Shown here piece by piece: positions 1 to 9,855 of a stretch of 64,000 bases of DNA. Source of the stretch: Prevotella sp. (lineage in GTDB: Bacteria; Bacteroidota; Bacteroidia; Bacteroidales; Dysgonomonadaceae); assembly GCA_031285625.1 (NCBI GenBank), contig JAITVV010000006.1:36963-100962 (forward strand). The letters are read 5' to 3'. The translations under genes were made by a program, and so were the position numbers. The notes under the pieces were generated by a model. The model made no database searches. It worked only from the letters and a program-made list of their open reading frames with translations, and was not told the origin of the DNA. Each line of letters opens with the position of its first letter. Position 1 is the first letter of the stretch.

Positions 1-875
1 CTAACCTTTCGGTACTGAATGTAAATACTCAAGGTAGAGATCTGATTATAAAAGGACAGAAGTTTGCTATTGCTTTTGATACTGAGTCGGGGGTGATGAA
101 GTCTTTGCGTTACAATAACCTGGAGATGATCCATAATAGTAATGGTTTTAATTTCAACTGGTATCGTAGTGTGAATAATGACAAATATACCAGTCAGAAA
201 TATTATGAAACGACTTATGATAAACCAATATTTAGTTACCAAATAAATGAAGATAGGAAATCGGTGACCGTTATAACCAATACCAAGGCGAACATTGCAT
301 ATGAAAATCGTATTATAATACCTTACCTGGTGAGATATACTATATATGCCAATGGAGTAATTGATATAGACGCGAACTTTACAAAACCAACCAACAGCCC
401 TATTGTACATCGTATCGGATTACAGGTTATCTTATCACATGGATTGGAGAATATAAAATGGTATGGTCGTGGCCCTCACGAAAATTATTGGGACAGGAAA
501 CGTTCATCTTATTTTGGACAATTTACCAAGACTGTGAAAGATATGGAGGAAGAGCATTATGTGCGTGCTCAAAGTATGGGTAACCGAGAAGATATCAGAT
601 GGTTTACAATTACCGATAATTCGAATCGAGGGTTGAAAATAATTTCTAAAGACCATCTTAGTTTTGGGGCATTACATTTCTCTGATAAAGATTTGTGGGA
701 AGCAAAACATGATTTTGAATTGGATAATATTCGCAAACCGGAAGTTTATCTTAGCTTGGACTGTGTGCAACAGGGGTTAGGTAATGCAAGTTGTGGCCCA
801 CTGCCATTGCCTCAGTATATGATACCTGAAAATCAGTCATTAAGTTATTCCTTTAGGATAGAACCCGTGAAATAG
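1..875 (+). CDS. GH2 beta-galactosidase, C-terminal part (Bgal small-chain domain); 5' end lies outside the window
   Basis: Frame is open from position 3 into the 93..875 ORF; motifs WYGRGPHENYWDRK, YVRAQSMGNREDIRW, QQGLGNASCGP are typical of LacZ-type C-terminal domains. Confidence 0.88.
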   Translation, partial: NLSVLNVNTQGRDLIIKGQKFAIAFDTESGVMKSLRYNNLEMIHNSNGFNFNWYRSVNNDKYTSQKYYETTYDKPIFSYQINEDRKSVTVITNTKANIAYENRIIIPYLVRYTIYANGVIDIDANFTKPTNSPIVHRIGLQVILSHGLENIKWYGRGPHENYWDRKRSSYFGQFTKTVKDMEEEHYVRAQSMGNREDIRWFTITDNSNRGLKIISKDHLSFGALHFSDKDLWEAKHDFELDNIRKPEVYLSLDCVQQGLGNASCGPLPLPQYMIPENQSLSYSFRIEPVK

Positions 876-882
876 TTATAAT

Positions 883-912
883 AAAAAATCCCTGATTATC
901 AGGGATTTTTAT
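883..912. terminator. Bidirectional intrinsic terminator between convergent genes
   Basis: AAAAATCCCTGAT-T-ATCAGGGATTTTT perfect inverted repeat with A/T tails on both sides. Confidence 0.85.
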
Positions 913-2718
913 TTATTCAAATTCTCTGTATGCACCGAATGTGGCCAGATTATCTTCGCCTAACTGAACAGGAACTGGATAATATGGTTCGTTTAAACGG
1001 TCACATATTTGTTTCCACAATGCTGTGCGGTTGTATGTTTGGTGTACAAGCTGAAAATGTGTTCCAAGCAGTAGCTTTTTTGCTGCCATTATATCCCCTT
1101 TATCAATAAGGAGTTGTACTCTTCTTTCTATCAACCATTCATCATCAAGGGCATCGACCATCGACAACCATTTTTCTCGCTCGGCAATCGATTTGTCTTT
1201 TGTATTCCTTAATAATTTATCCCTTTCTATTATGACTTGAGGATGTAGTTGCAACCATTTTTCTTTTACTCCCAATATCATTTTCAGAGCCTGATCATTA
1301 TATCCTTTAGTATTAAGTAATCTGGCGCAGACTACTTTGGCAATACCTATATTTGATCGTTCTAATACTTTTATTGCATCGCCGGGTCTATCTCTTCCTG
1401 CCAACCATGTTCCATAATAGAATTTCCATAGTTCCGATTCTTTACCCGATGTTGAATTAATAACCCATTTGAATGCTTCATCCATATCTTCTATACCTGA
1501 TGAAGCCCATAGGTTTTCGGCAATAGAAGGAGGGGTATGGGGGGCGCTTTTCATTTGGAAAGCATTTTTGAGCTGCTCCCAAATCGAAATCTCAGATTCC
1601 CTGCTCCAGTTGAAGAGAGGGATCTCGTTTACAGAACGCAATTTTATATTGGGTACTTTTAATGAATAAAGATTCAATCTTTGATCAGTAGGTATCCAAT
1701 ATTCTGTATGCCAACGGGTTTCATCGGGTTTCATTTCAAGCTTGATAGACTGGTCTCCAATGGGGCCACCTTGTATTTCTGCATATGTTTGTTTCTTTGC
1801 AGTGCTTAATACAGACCAAATCGTATCTTTATCAACACCATAGCTCCATAACTTTATACCACCAGCTATCTTTTCATCTGCAATATGATATAAGCCTGTA
1901 CCAGTTGAAGGAGTGTATGAACCAAATGCATTTACATCTTTCGTTTTCCAGAAATAGCCTGTCATTTCTTTTATATCAGCTTCGTATTTAGGTCCACTTT
2001 TCTCCCAGTCTATGGTATCCATAATGGAAGAATGTACAAGTACTTCACCCTTTGGAAAATCATATTGTGTGTCTGGTGCTGATGGTATTGCTGCATTTGA
2101 CCATGACATCCACGGATATGTTCCCTTACCGGGATTATGAAAAATAACGCGCTGAGTGAGGGCTATATCATTCTTTCCTAAAGAATACTCAACAGACCAT
2201 TGCATACCAAAACGTAGTTCGCGTTCACCACATGTCACGTATATCCTCTCATCTGTCTTATCTATTTTATAAAGTATCGATTCGTTTTGCGTAGGCGTGT
2301 GTGAGATTGGAAAACTGACCTCTATACCTCCTGCCACAAAATAGAATCGGGGAAGGATGCGTGTATATCGGATTACATCCGGAACATACAAAACCTCTCT
2401 GCCTGAACCTTTGTGAATCATTGAATATACCTTTCCTCCCAGATCGGGACATATTATCACTTTCATATATTCATTTTCAAGTGAGATAAACCGGTATTTT
2501 TTCAATACCGGCCTATTCGAAGTCTCACTAAAACTTAAATATGGATAAACGCCATTTGAATCATAAACAGTAGGTATCGGCCCTGCAGGAGTAAGTACAT
2601 GTGTGAGTACATATTCGCAATATTCTTCACACAGCACTTCTTCAGATTTGTTTGTTACTGCTGTTGCATATATACTACAAACGAATGCAGCCCAAAGCAG
2701 GAAAATACTATTTTTCAT
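913..2718 (-). CDS. DUF5107-domain exported protein with helical/TPR-like C-terminus
   Basis: Signal peptide; LENEYMKVIICPDLGGKVYS, GGIEVSFP..H, WMSWSNAA motifs of DUF5107 proteins found in PULs. Confidence 0.75.
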   Translation of the reverse strand: MKNSIFLLWAAFVCSIYATAVTNKSEEVLCEEYCEYVLTHVLTPAGPIPTVYDSNGVYPYLSFSETSNRPVLKKYRFISLENEYMKVIICPDLGGKVYSMIHKGSGREVLYVPDVIRYTRILPRFYFVAGGIEVSFPISHTPTQNESILYKIDKTDERIYVTCGERELRFGMQWSVEYSLGKNDIALTQRVIFHNPGKGTYPWMSWSNAAIPSAPDTQYDFPKGEVLVHSSIMDTIDWEKSGPKYEADIKEMTGYFWKTKDVNAFGSYTPSTGTGLYHIADEKIAGGIKLWSYGVDKDTIWSVLSTAKKQTYAEIQGGPIGDQSIKLEMKPDETRWHTEYWIPTDQRLNLYSLKVPNIKLRSVNEIPLFNWSRESEISIWEQLKNAFQMKSAPHTPPSIAENLWASSGIEDMDEAFKWVINSTSGKESELWKFYYGTWLAGRDRPGDAIKVLERSNIGIAKVVCARLLNTKGYNDQALKMILGVKEKWLQLHPQVIIERDKLLRNTKDKSIAEREKWLSMVDALDDEWLIERRVQLLIDKGDIMAAKKLLLGTHFQLVHQTYNRTALWKQICDRLNEPYYPVPVQLGEDNLATFGAYREFE

Positions 2719-2751
2719 GGGTTATAGTCTATTTAAGTAAAAAATTAGAGC

Positions 2752-4566
2752 TTATTTCAATTCTTCACTAATTGCGTCTATTAATGTCTTTCCTTTACTT
2801 ACATCATTCGCAATTTTTACTTCATCAAATGCTTTTTCTTTTGTGAATATTACTAATTGATCATCAAGTTGTTTTACTAATTGATTGACTCTCGAATTAG
2901 TAGGATATTTCAAAGCTTTCTCTTTTATTATTCTTATCTTTTCATAATCAACAATACCTTCACGTAGCTTTTCAAAGCGGATACAACTACGTCCTCCCGG
3001 ATAGATCAGGAAACAGTCTCCGGCAGCCCATGAGCCATGGCGGGCATCCCTGTTGGGATCTTCTGGCCATGCATCGTATGCCCAACGGAGAAAACCATCA
3101 TATCCTCGTGCCGCAGAATACCAGCTTATCCAACGTCCTTCTATCGGAGGCGAGAACAGGAAATTGTTCGGTACAGGAGGGTTGCAACACACATAGTATG
3201 TAGATAGTGCACCTCTTGTTTTTCTTGCTTTTAATTCTGCATCTGTAGGTTCATTCGGATGCAGATAACTATAGTCGTCTAACAGAGAGTCCAGTTCTTT
3301 GTGCCAGTCTCCGGCGTAAGTTATTTTCCAATCTTTCGAATGATCCTTTGTTGCCTTAATGGCAGCTAATGTTTGTGGCATAGGGTTCTCATTTATCCCA
3401 ATATATGTTATATCAAACCAGCCTTTTTGTTGTAAATGTTTTTTCAGGTCTGTAAGGAATAAATGCCAGTGTTTTACAAAATCATCCGTTCCAGGTTCCC
3501 AAGACTGATATACATAGTTACCAGTTGCTTCGTCCATATACCGGAATCTGTTGCCCCATGGTATGGCTGTATATACAGTAATAGCTCTGTTAATTCCGCA
3601 CTCCATAGCAAGTTGAACATACTCATCGAATATCTTGAAATCAAACTTCCATGCACCATTCTTTTGTTTTATCCACTCTATCATTCCTCCTTCTATCATA
3701 TATGAATTGTCAGACCATGGTGAATGAACTGCATATGTAGTGATATAAGTACCTTCCGCTTCGGCATATGGTTTCAGATGCTGTTTTAACAGAACTTTAT
3801 GTTCTTCAGACCATGGCTCCAGATGATTATACCACGCTACTGCCCAAGGGTTTTGCCAGAGATCGAGACGATGCTTCCAATCTTTTGGCTCAGGTAAGAT
3901 CTGATTTTGTACATTTATGCTGATACTAAGATCTTTACTATATGCGGAGGTCTGTATTGTCAGATTCCCGCTATATACACCTGCTTCTGTATCAGCCGGA
4001 ATATCTACAGATACCCATATCGGTCTGGTACTTCTGGCCGGCAGATCGAACCGCTCGAAAGGCTCGAACCTGTCGGGCATCATAAATCCGTTACCATAAG
4101 GAGTATTTCCACAGATAGCATTTTTTGTTGCATATGGATAATTTGCAATAACATAGCGCACCATATTGACATCGAAATTATTGGATGGAATCGCTTTGTT
4201 TCCATCTTTTTTTAAGTCAGTCAATTTTACCCGCACTTGTTCCAAAGCATCGGACGACCATACTAATACCTGCATATTCACACGCTCTCCGCGCCATGCT
4301 GTGTAGTTATAGTGTGTAGAACTTTTTTCCACATCGGGCTTTTCACGTCTGAAATATAATTTGTCTGTCGTGCCGAATGCAGCATTCAATCCAGCCTGCC
4401 CCACCCATAGTAACGGATTTATAACTTCCTCCAAATCATACTCATGCTGATAATGATGATCAGGAATAGGCAATAGTTTAGAATTAATCTCACCTCGTTT
4501 ATCGTAAGTCTGTGCCAGAATATTTCCGGCACAGATGAATAAAATACATATTAATAATTTTCTCAT
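2752..4566 (-). CDS. GH123-like (DUF4091) glycoside hydrolase, putative beta-N-acetylhexosaminidase
   Basis: Signal peptide; AWRGERVN, LDLWQNPWAVA, TYYVCC, GYDGFLRWAYDAW, AGDCFLIYPG, RFEKLREGIVDYEK. Confidence 0.8.
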   Translation of the reverse strand: MRKLLICILFICAGNILAQTYDKRGEINSKLLPIPDHHYQHEYDLEEVINPLLWVGQAGLNAAFGTTDKLYFRREKPDVEKSSTHYNYTAWRGERVNMQVLVWSSDALEQVRVKLTDLKKDGNKAIPSNNFDVNMVRYVIANYPYATKNAICGNTPYGNGFMMPDRFEPFERFDLPARSTRPIWVSVDIPADTEAGVYSGNLTIQTSAYSKDLSISINVQNQILPEPKDWKHRLDLWQNPWAVAWYNHLEPWSEEHKVLLKQHLKPYAEAEGTYITTYAVHSPWSDNSYMIEGGMIEWIKQKNGAWKFDFKIFDEYVQLAMECGINRAITVYTAIPWGNRFRYMDEATGNYVYQSWEPGTDDFVKHWHLFLTDLKKHLQQKGWFDITYIGINENPMPQTLAAIKATKDHSKDWKITYAGDWHKELDSLLDDYSYLHPNEPTDAELKARKTRGALSTYYVCCNPPVPNNFLFSPPIEGRWISWYSAARGYDGFLRWAYDAWPEDPNRDARHGSWAAGDCFLIYPGGRSCIRFEKLREGIVDYEKIRIIKEKALKYPTNSRVNQLVKQLDDQLVIFTKEKAFDEVKIANDVSKGKTLIDAISEELK

Positions 4567-4590
4567 GTCTAAATCTTTATTTTTTATACA

Positions 4591-6249
4591 TTATTCCCAA
4601 CCGTCGTTCTGTATTAGTGAACCTTTCGATAATTGAACCTGTTGAGAAGGAATAGGATCGAGATAATGTTTAGGACTGACAAATCTTCGTGCAGTAGATT
4701 GGTCAGCAACAATAAATCCCTCAGCATCTACCTGTATATCTGTTCCCGGTCTTAAGTCTGGATTTCTGGTTTGGAATTCCGTACCCACAAATTTTATACC
4801 TTTTAGTGATTGAGGCAGGACAGTTTCTGCTGTTTTCCATCGTCTCAAATCTTCACGTCTGAATCCTTCGAATGCAAGTTCAACAGTACGTTCTCTGCGT
4901 ATTTCTTCCTGCATATTCAATCCGTTGGTTGTAGCGAAGCTATTGGTCAGATCAGGCATATTAACCCGTTTTCGCAATTCGTTGATCGTACGTCCCAGAT
5001 CCGTATCGGATACTCCTCCGTTTTTTTCATATAATGCCTCTGCCAGAATCAGCAGAACCTCACCATAACGAAATTCCTTAAAGTCATACTCGCCATTGAA
5101 TTGTCCGGAATTGATATCTTCACCTAAAAATTTTCGTAACATATAACCGGTCAACGTCGCATTAGATCCCATAAATCCCGGATATGTAATCTGAGGAGTA
5201 CCACCTTCGAAAATTATTGAACTTCCCGGGATAATAAATGTCATACCCATGCGGGGATCTCTGTTCTCGAATTCACTTGCCATCTCATTGTATCCTTTAA
5301 ATCTGGATGATTTGGTAATAGGAAGCCCATCGGTTGCCAAGTACATGTCTGCCAGGTTTTTTGTAGGTACCATAGCATTAAACCATAATTCCCGGGTCCA
5401 GTTGTGAGTAATCCACTGTGAATAATAGTATCTTCTAGCTAGTATAACTTCGTTAGAATCATCACCTTCGAGTATAAACAGATATTTGTAACTTTCATCA
5501 CCTTTACCTTTAAACAAGCCGTATTCACCAGAAGTGACAACTTTATCAGCTGCGTCGATAGCTTTATCCAAATACGAATCGGAATTGGCTTCTCCGCGTG
5601 ACTTTGCCCATGTTCCCTGATAAAGGGCTGCACGTGCTTTTAATGCCAATGCAGCACCTCTTGTTGTACGGCCTAGTTCGTCAGCAGTTAGTTCACTTTG
5701 TAACGGAAGTTTATCTATAGCGTTATCAAGATCGGCTATAATAAAATCTATAATTTCCGATTGAGATGACTTGGGTGTATATAATTCAGGCGAACTTACA
5801 TCCAATACCACTGTTATTTTAGGTACACCTCCATATTTTTTGACAAGATTCCAATAATTATATGCCCTAAAAAATAATGCTTCGCCTACCCAACGATCTA
5901 TCTCTTCTCCCAGTCCGGATTCTTCAGCTTTCAACAACAGATAGTTTGCTGTCCTGATAAATTCATAAGACTTATCCCATATATTATCATTAGCAGGTAC
6001 CAGATATGAACCGTTGCTGACCTCGTTGGGGCTGCCACCAAATGCAATATCTGAGTTTCTATCTATATACTGGGATACTTCCATCAAGCTGAAATAAAAG
6101 TCATTTGCAGCTAATTTAAAATCATCCGAAGACTTCCAGTATTCAGGATCCGATACCTGATCTTTTGGATTGAGATCCAAATCTTTTTCACAAGCAGAAA
6201 AGGTAATGACTACCAGTATCAATATGATTATATTTATATATTTTTTCAT
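4591..6249 (-). CDS. SusD/RagB family lipoprotein
   Basis: Lipobox FSAC; GEALFFRAYNY, FRYGEVLL, ERTVELAFEGFR, C-terminal QNDGW; directly downstream of susC. Confidence 0.95.
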   Translation of the reverse strand: MKKYINIIILILVVITFSACEKDLDLNPKDQVSDPEYWKSSDDFKLAANDFYFSLMEVSQYIDRNSDIAFGGSPNEVSNGSYLVPANDNIWDKSYEFIRTANYLLLKAEESGLGEEIDRWVGEALFFRAYNYWNLVKKYGGVPKITVVLDVSSPELYTPKSSQSEIIDFIIADLDNAIDKLPLQSELTADELGRTTRGAALALKARAALYQGTWAKSRGEANSDSYLDKAIDAADKVVTSGEYGLFKGKGDESYKYLFILEGDDSNEVILARRYYYSQWITHNWTRELWFNAMVPTKNLADMYLATDGLPITKSSRFKGYNEMASEFENRDPRMGMTFIIPGSSIIFEGGTPQITYPGFMGSNATLTGYMLRKFLGEDINSGQFNGEYDFKEFRYGEVLLILAEALYEKNGGVSDTDLGRTINELRKRVNMPDLTNSFATTNGLNMQEEIRRERTVELAFEGFRREDLRRWKTAETVLPQSLKGIKFVGTEFQTRNPDLRPGTDIQVDAEGFIVADQSTARRFVSPKHYLDPIPSQQVQLSKGSLIQNDGWE

Positions 6250-6260
6250 AGCATTAATCT

Positions 6261-9200
6261 TTAAAAGGTTATATCGATACCGAATGAATAATAACGCTGG
6301 AATGGGTAATTACCGCCCCAATCGGCAGATTCAGGGTCCCAACCTCCTTTAACATTGTGATGTTCCCAAAGATCCTGACCACTAAAGTACACTCTGGCTT
6401 TAGAAATGGCTATTTTCTTGGTCAGTTCGGAAGGAATTGTATATCCTATCTGAAGGTTCTTCAACCTGATATAAGAGGCATCAACTTTTTGTAAGGTAGA
6501 CTGCTGATAGTTCCAGTAACGGATATCTCCATGTGACAATCGTGGATAATATGCATCCGGACGATCTTCATTCCATGTTTGCTGATAATAGAATTGTGGT
6601 GGTTGTCTCCACCAATCACTCCAAGGCATTGAATATTCCCCGGTTCTGAATAGTGTTCTTTTACCCACTCCCTGGAAGAATGCTGAAAAATCAAATCCTT
6701 TTAAGCTGGCTCCTATTGTTATACCATAATTATAACGTGGGGTCATATTTCCTACATATTTTACATCACCATCATCATTTGTTCCATAGGTAGATATTTT
6801 GCCATCACCATTCAGGTCTTTAAATCGTGCATCACCTATACCAATATTACTTGGTACTCCTTCCAGTTTCTTATATTCGTCCAGTTCGGCCTGATTACGA
6901 ATTAGTCCGTCAAACTCATAAGCAAAATAACTATTAACAGGATATCCTTCACGGATTCTATTATGTCCTAATACATAGGTATCGAGTCCTCCATAATTTG
7001 TTACTTTATTATGAGCATCGCTTACTACAACTTTAGCAAAATATTCTACAGGTCCGGCTTTGTCTCTCCATCCTATACTAGCCTCAAAACCCCATGTTTT
7101 TAATTCTCCGGAATTAGAAGAAGGGGCTGTTGCACCCATCAGGCTTGGATAGGTAACAGGTATCAGCATATCTTTATTCCGTTTCCAGAAATAATCGAAT
7201 GATATATCCAGCCGGTTTCTGAGAATTGTAGCATCCAGACCGATATTCTGATTGATAATAGTTTCCCAGCTCCGTTCGCGGGCGACCATTCCATCAAGTC
7301 GGAGAGACTGTGTACGTGTTCCAGCCCCGAAAGGATAAATTAAGATATCTCCCCATCCTCCTTTTCTTGGTGTAAGTTTTTGTATGAAATCGTATAATCC
7401 GATTCCTTCCTGGTTTCCTGTTTCTCCGTATGATGCACGTAATTTGAGTTCGTTTACAAATTCAACTGATTTCATAAATCCTTCTTTCGATATGCGCCAT
7501 CCAGCTGAAACTCCGGGGAAGAATCCCCAGCGTTTATCCGCTCCCGAGAACCGGGAACTTCCGTCATACCTGAGATTAGTCTCAAATAAATATTTTTCAT
7601 CATATACATAGCCAAACCTGCCAAAGAAAGAGTTTATACTCCAGTGACTGCCGCCGCCGGAATTTCTCATGTTATTAGTATTACCTAATTCCATATCCCA
7701 GATATCGTTCTTGAAACCATCACGCCATGCACTGAAAGTATCATAGTTGTTTTCTTCATGTGCAGCACCTCCCATTACATCGATAGTATGTTTACTTCCG
7801 AAGTTTTTATTGTATTGGAAATAGGCAGTATAGTTGCGATATTGTGTTTCGGCATTTGTCTGTGTCAGATTAGCTTCGTCGGGATTTACATCATAGTATG
7901 CAATCTGATCATCCCATGTGTATAAAGGAACCGATTTGGCGGGATCTTTTGAATTCATGGATGTTTGTATAATACCTGCCTGCAATATCAATTTGAATCC
8001 GTCGAAGACATCTGTAATCAATCTGAAATTGGTATTCAACTGATTGGTTTTATACTTTGATACAGCTTTTTCTTTAGCTAATGCCACAGAATTACTCCAT
8101 CCTCCTTGTGTAAAATAATTTCCTGAAGGAGTGTAAACCGGATGGTTCGACATATCGAATATACCTTCTCCGATAACCCAGTCGCCAACTCCACCTATAC
8201 TGCTGCGAATCTGGCTTTCGAAAGATACTTTGGCTTCCAGTTTAACTCTGTTGAAGAAGAAATAGTCATAGTTCAATCTGAGATTATACCTTTTGTTATT
8301 ATCATCTGCATATCTGACAACACCCCTCTGGTCTATATATCCGGCTGACAAGTAGTAATTCGAGTTTTCTCCTCCGCCTGATACACTCAAATTGTGTTTC
8401 TGTTGAAATCCGTTACCCAGTAGTTCTTTCATCCAGTCAGTATTGGTAAAGAATAACATCCATCCTCCGTATAGAGGGTGTGGTATCGGGTTAGGATCAT
8501 TTTTTAATATCCTGTTCAGGTAATCTTCAGTGTACATTGGCGTAACCCCGTTATGAATATTAGCCTCATTATCCATGATTGCCATTTCGTAAGTAGTAGG
8601 GCTTTTCATCATACCTGCACTCTTGGTGACAGCGAAATTTCCATTATAATTAATTCTGGGCTTGCCGCGTTTACCGCTTTTGGTAGTCACCAGAAACACA
8701 CCGCCTGACGCCCTTGCCCCATAGATAGAAGCCTGAGCATCTTTCAATATGCTTATCGATTCTATATCATCCGGTCCTAACAGGTTAATATCTCCTGCTA
8801 TTCCGTCAATAATAACGAGTGGCCCGATTTTACCATCATCATCATTCGTTGAAGAAAGACCACGTACCTTCATGGTGAAAGATTCATTACCTGGTTCTCC
8901 GCCATATCTTGTAATAAGCATACCCGGTATTTCGCCCTGTAAGGCAGAGAGCGGATTGTTTACTGGTTTAGCTTGCATGACTTCACCGGACACTGTTGCC
9001 ACCGCACCTGTCAGATTGGCTCTTTTCTGGGTACTATAACCTACTACTACCACTTCATCTAATAGTTTGAGATCTTCTTGCAATACTATTTGTAAAGCAT
9101 CTTTAGTACCTACGGTTTGCTCTTGGCTGATATACCCTATGTAGGAGAATTCAAGGATATCCTTACTATTATTGATACTGATTTCGAAATGCCCGTTTAT

Positions 9201-9707
9201 ATCGGTTATCGTACCAATCTGTGTACCTTTAATTTTTACAGTTACTCCGATCAGAGGCTCTTCCTTTTCGTCGATAACGGTACCTGTTATTTTTCTTGAT
9301 TGATTAATAATTTGGGTATCGGTTACTTCTTTATTGCCTTCTTTATATAATACAATATGTTTTCCATCAATAGTATATCCGATGCTATTCTCATCGAATA
9401 TTGTATTCAGTATGTAAGGAACATTCTCGTCTTTTGCATCAAGAGAAATCTTCTTTATAACATTTATCTCCTGTGGATTGTATGTGAAATAAAAGTCAGT
9501 TTTCTGCTCAATGATCGAGATCACTTCTCTTATAGTTTTATCCTTTACATTCAGTGATATTTTTGTTTTCTGAGAATATGAAACCGAAGTGAAAGAGAAA
9601 AAACTTAAGAATAATAGAAATAGTATAAGACTTTTCATTACCGCAAAAATTTTATCTAGCCTCCAAGTTTTAAAACCCGGAGGAATGTTTTTCATAATAT
9701 AATTCAT
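6261..9707 (-). CDS. SusC/RagA TonB-dependent transducer with N-terminal STN signalling domain
   Basis: STN-like N-terminus, LDEVVVVGY, DIESISILKDAQASIYGARASGGV plug motif, RYDGSSRF, terminal F. Confidence 0.96.
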   Translation of the reverse strand: MNYIMKNIPPGFKTWRLDKIFAVMKSLILFLLFLSFFSFTSVSYSQKTKISLNVKDKTIREVISIIEQKTDFYFTYNPQEINVIKKISLDAKDENVPYILNTIFDENSIGYTIDGKHIVLYKEGNKEVTDTQIINQSRKITGTVIDEKEEPLIGVTVKIKGTQIGTITDINGHFEISINNSKDILEFSYIGYISQEQTVGTKDALQIVLQEDLKLLDEVVVVGYSTQKRANLTGAVATVSGEVMQAKPVNNPLSALQGEIPGMLITRYGGEPGNESFTMKVRGLSSTNDDDGKIGPLVIIDGIAGDINLLGPDDIESISILKDAQASIYGARASGGVFLVTTKSGKRGKPRINYNGNFAVTKSAGMMKSPTTYEMAIMDNEANIHNGVTPMYTEDYLNRILKNDPNPIPHPLYGGWMLFFTNTDWMKELLGNGFQQKHNLSVSGGGENSNYYLSAGYIDQRGVVRYADDNNKRYNLRLNYDYFFFNRVKLEAKVSFESQIRSSIGGVGDWVIGEGIFDMSNHPVYTPSGNYFTQGGWSNSVALAKEKAVSKYKTNQLNTNFRLITDVFDGFKLILQAGIIQTSMNSKDPAKSVPLYTWDDQIAYYDVNPDEANLTQTNAETQYRNYTAYFQYNKNFGSKHTIDVMGGAAHEENNYDTFSAWRDGFKNDIWDMELGNTNNMRNSGGGSHWSINSFFGRFGYVYDEKYLFETNLRYDGSSRFSGADKRWGFFPGVSAGWRISKEGFMKSVEFVNELKLRASYGETGNQEGIGLYDFIQKLTPRKGGWGDILIYPFGAGTRTQSLRLDGMVARERSWETIINQNIGLDATILRNRLDISFDYFWKRNKDMLIPVTYPSLMGATAPSSNSGELKTWGFEASIGWRDKAGPVEYFAKVVVSDAHNKVTNYGGLDTYVLGHNRIREGYPVNSYFAYEFDGLIRNQAELDEYKKLEGVPSNIGIGDARFKDLNGDGKISTYGTNDDGDVKYVGNMTPRYNYGITIGASLKGFDFSAFFQGVGKRTLFRTGEYSMPWSDWWRQPPQFYYQQTWNEDRPDAYYPRLSHGDIRYWNYQQSTLQKVDASYIRLKNLQIGYTIPSELTKKIAISKARVYFSGQDLWEHHNVKGGWDPESADWGGNYPFQRYYSFGIDITF

Positions 9708-9807
9708 ACATTTGTGATGTTTAGTTAATAATAAACTTAGACTGTCTCTAAAAGATTATTGCTAAATCTACCGGGAGAAGTTGCCTCTTCTTCCGGTTTT
9801 TATTTTT
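9707..9807 (+). ncRNA. Candidate cis-antisense sRNA opposite the susC1 leader (span includes its -7 promoter box and terminator)
   Basis: TACATTTG (-7 consensus TAnnTTTG) at 9707-9714 overlapping the susC start codon; hairpin ACCGGGAGAAG/CTTCTTCCGGT 9770-9797 followed by a T-tract on the + strand. Confidence 0.6.
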
Positions 9808-9855
9808 CTGATTTTATTTCATAGGCTCTGGGAATTAATAAGGTTAATCAATTGG

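Noticed and set aside
9814-9826. Mini-ORF ATG-AAA-TAA (GCCTATGAAATAA, minus strand) after fecR1
   Set aside because: Too short to support from one instance; not repeated in the second ECF PUL
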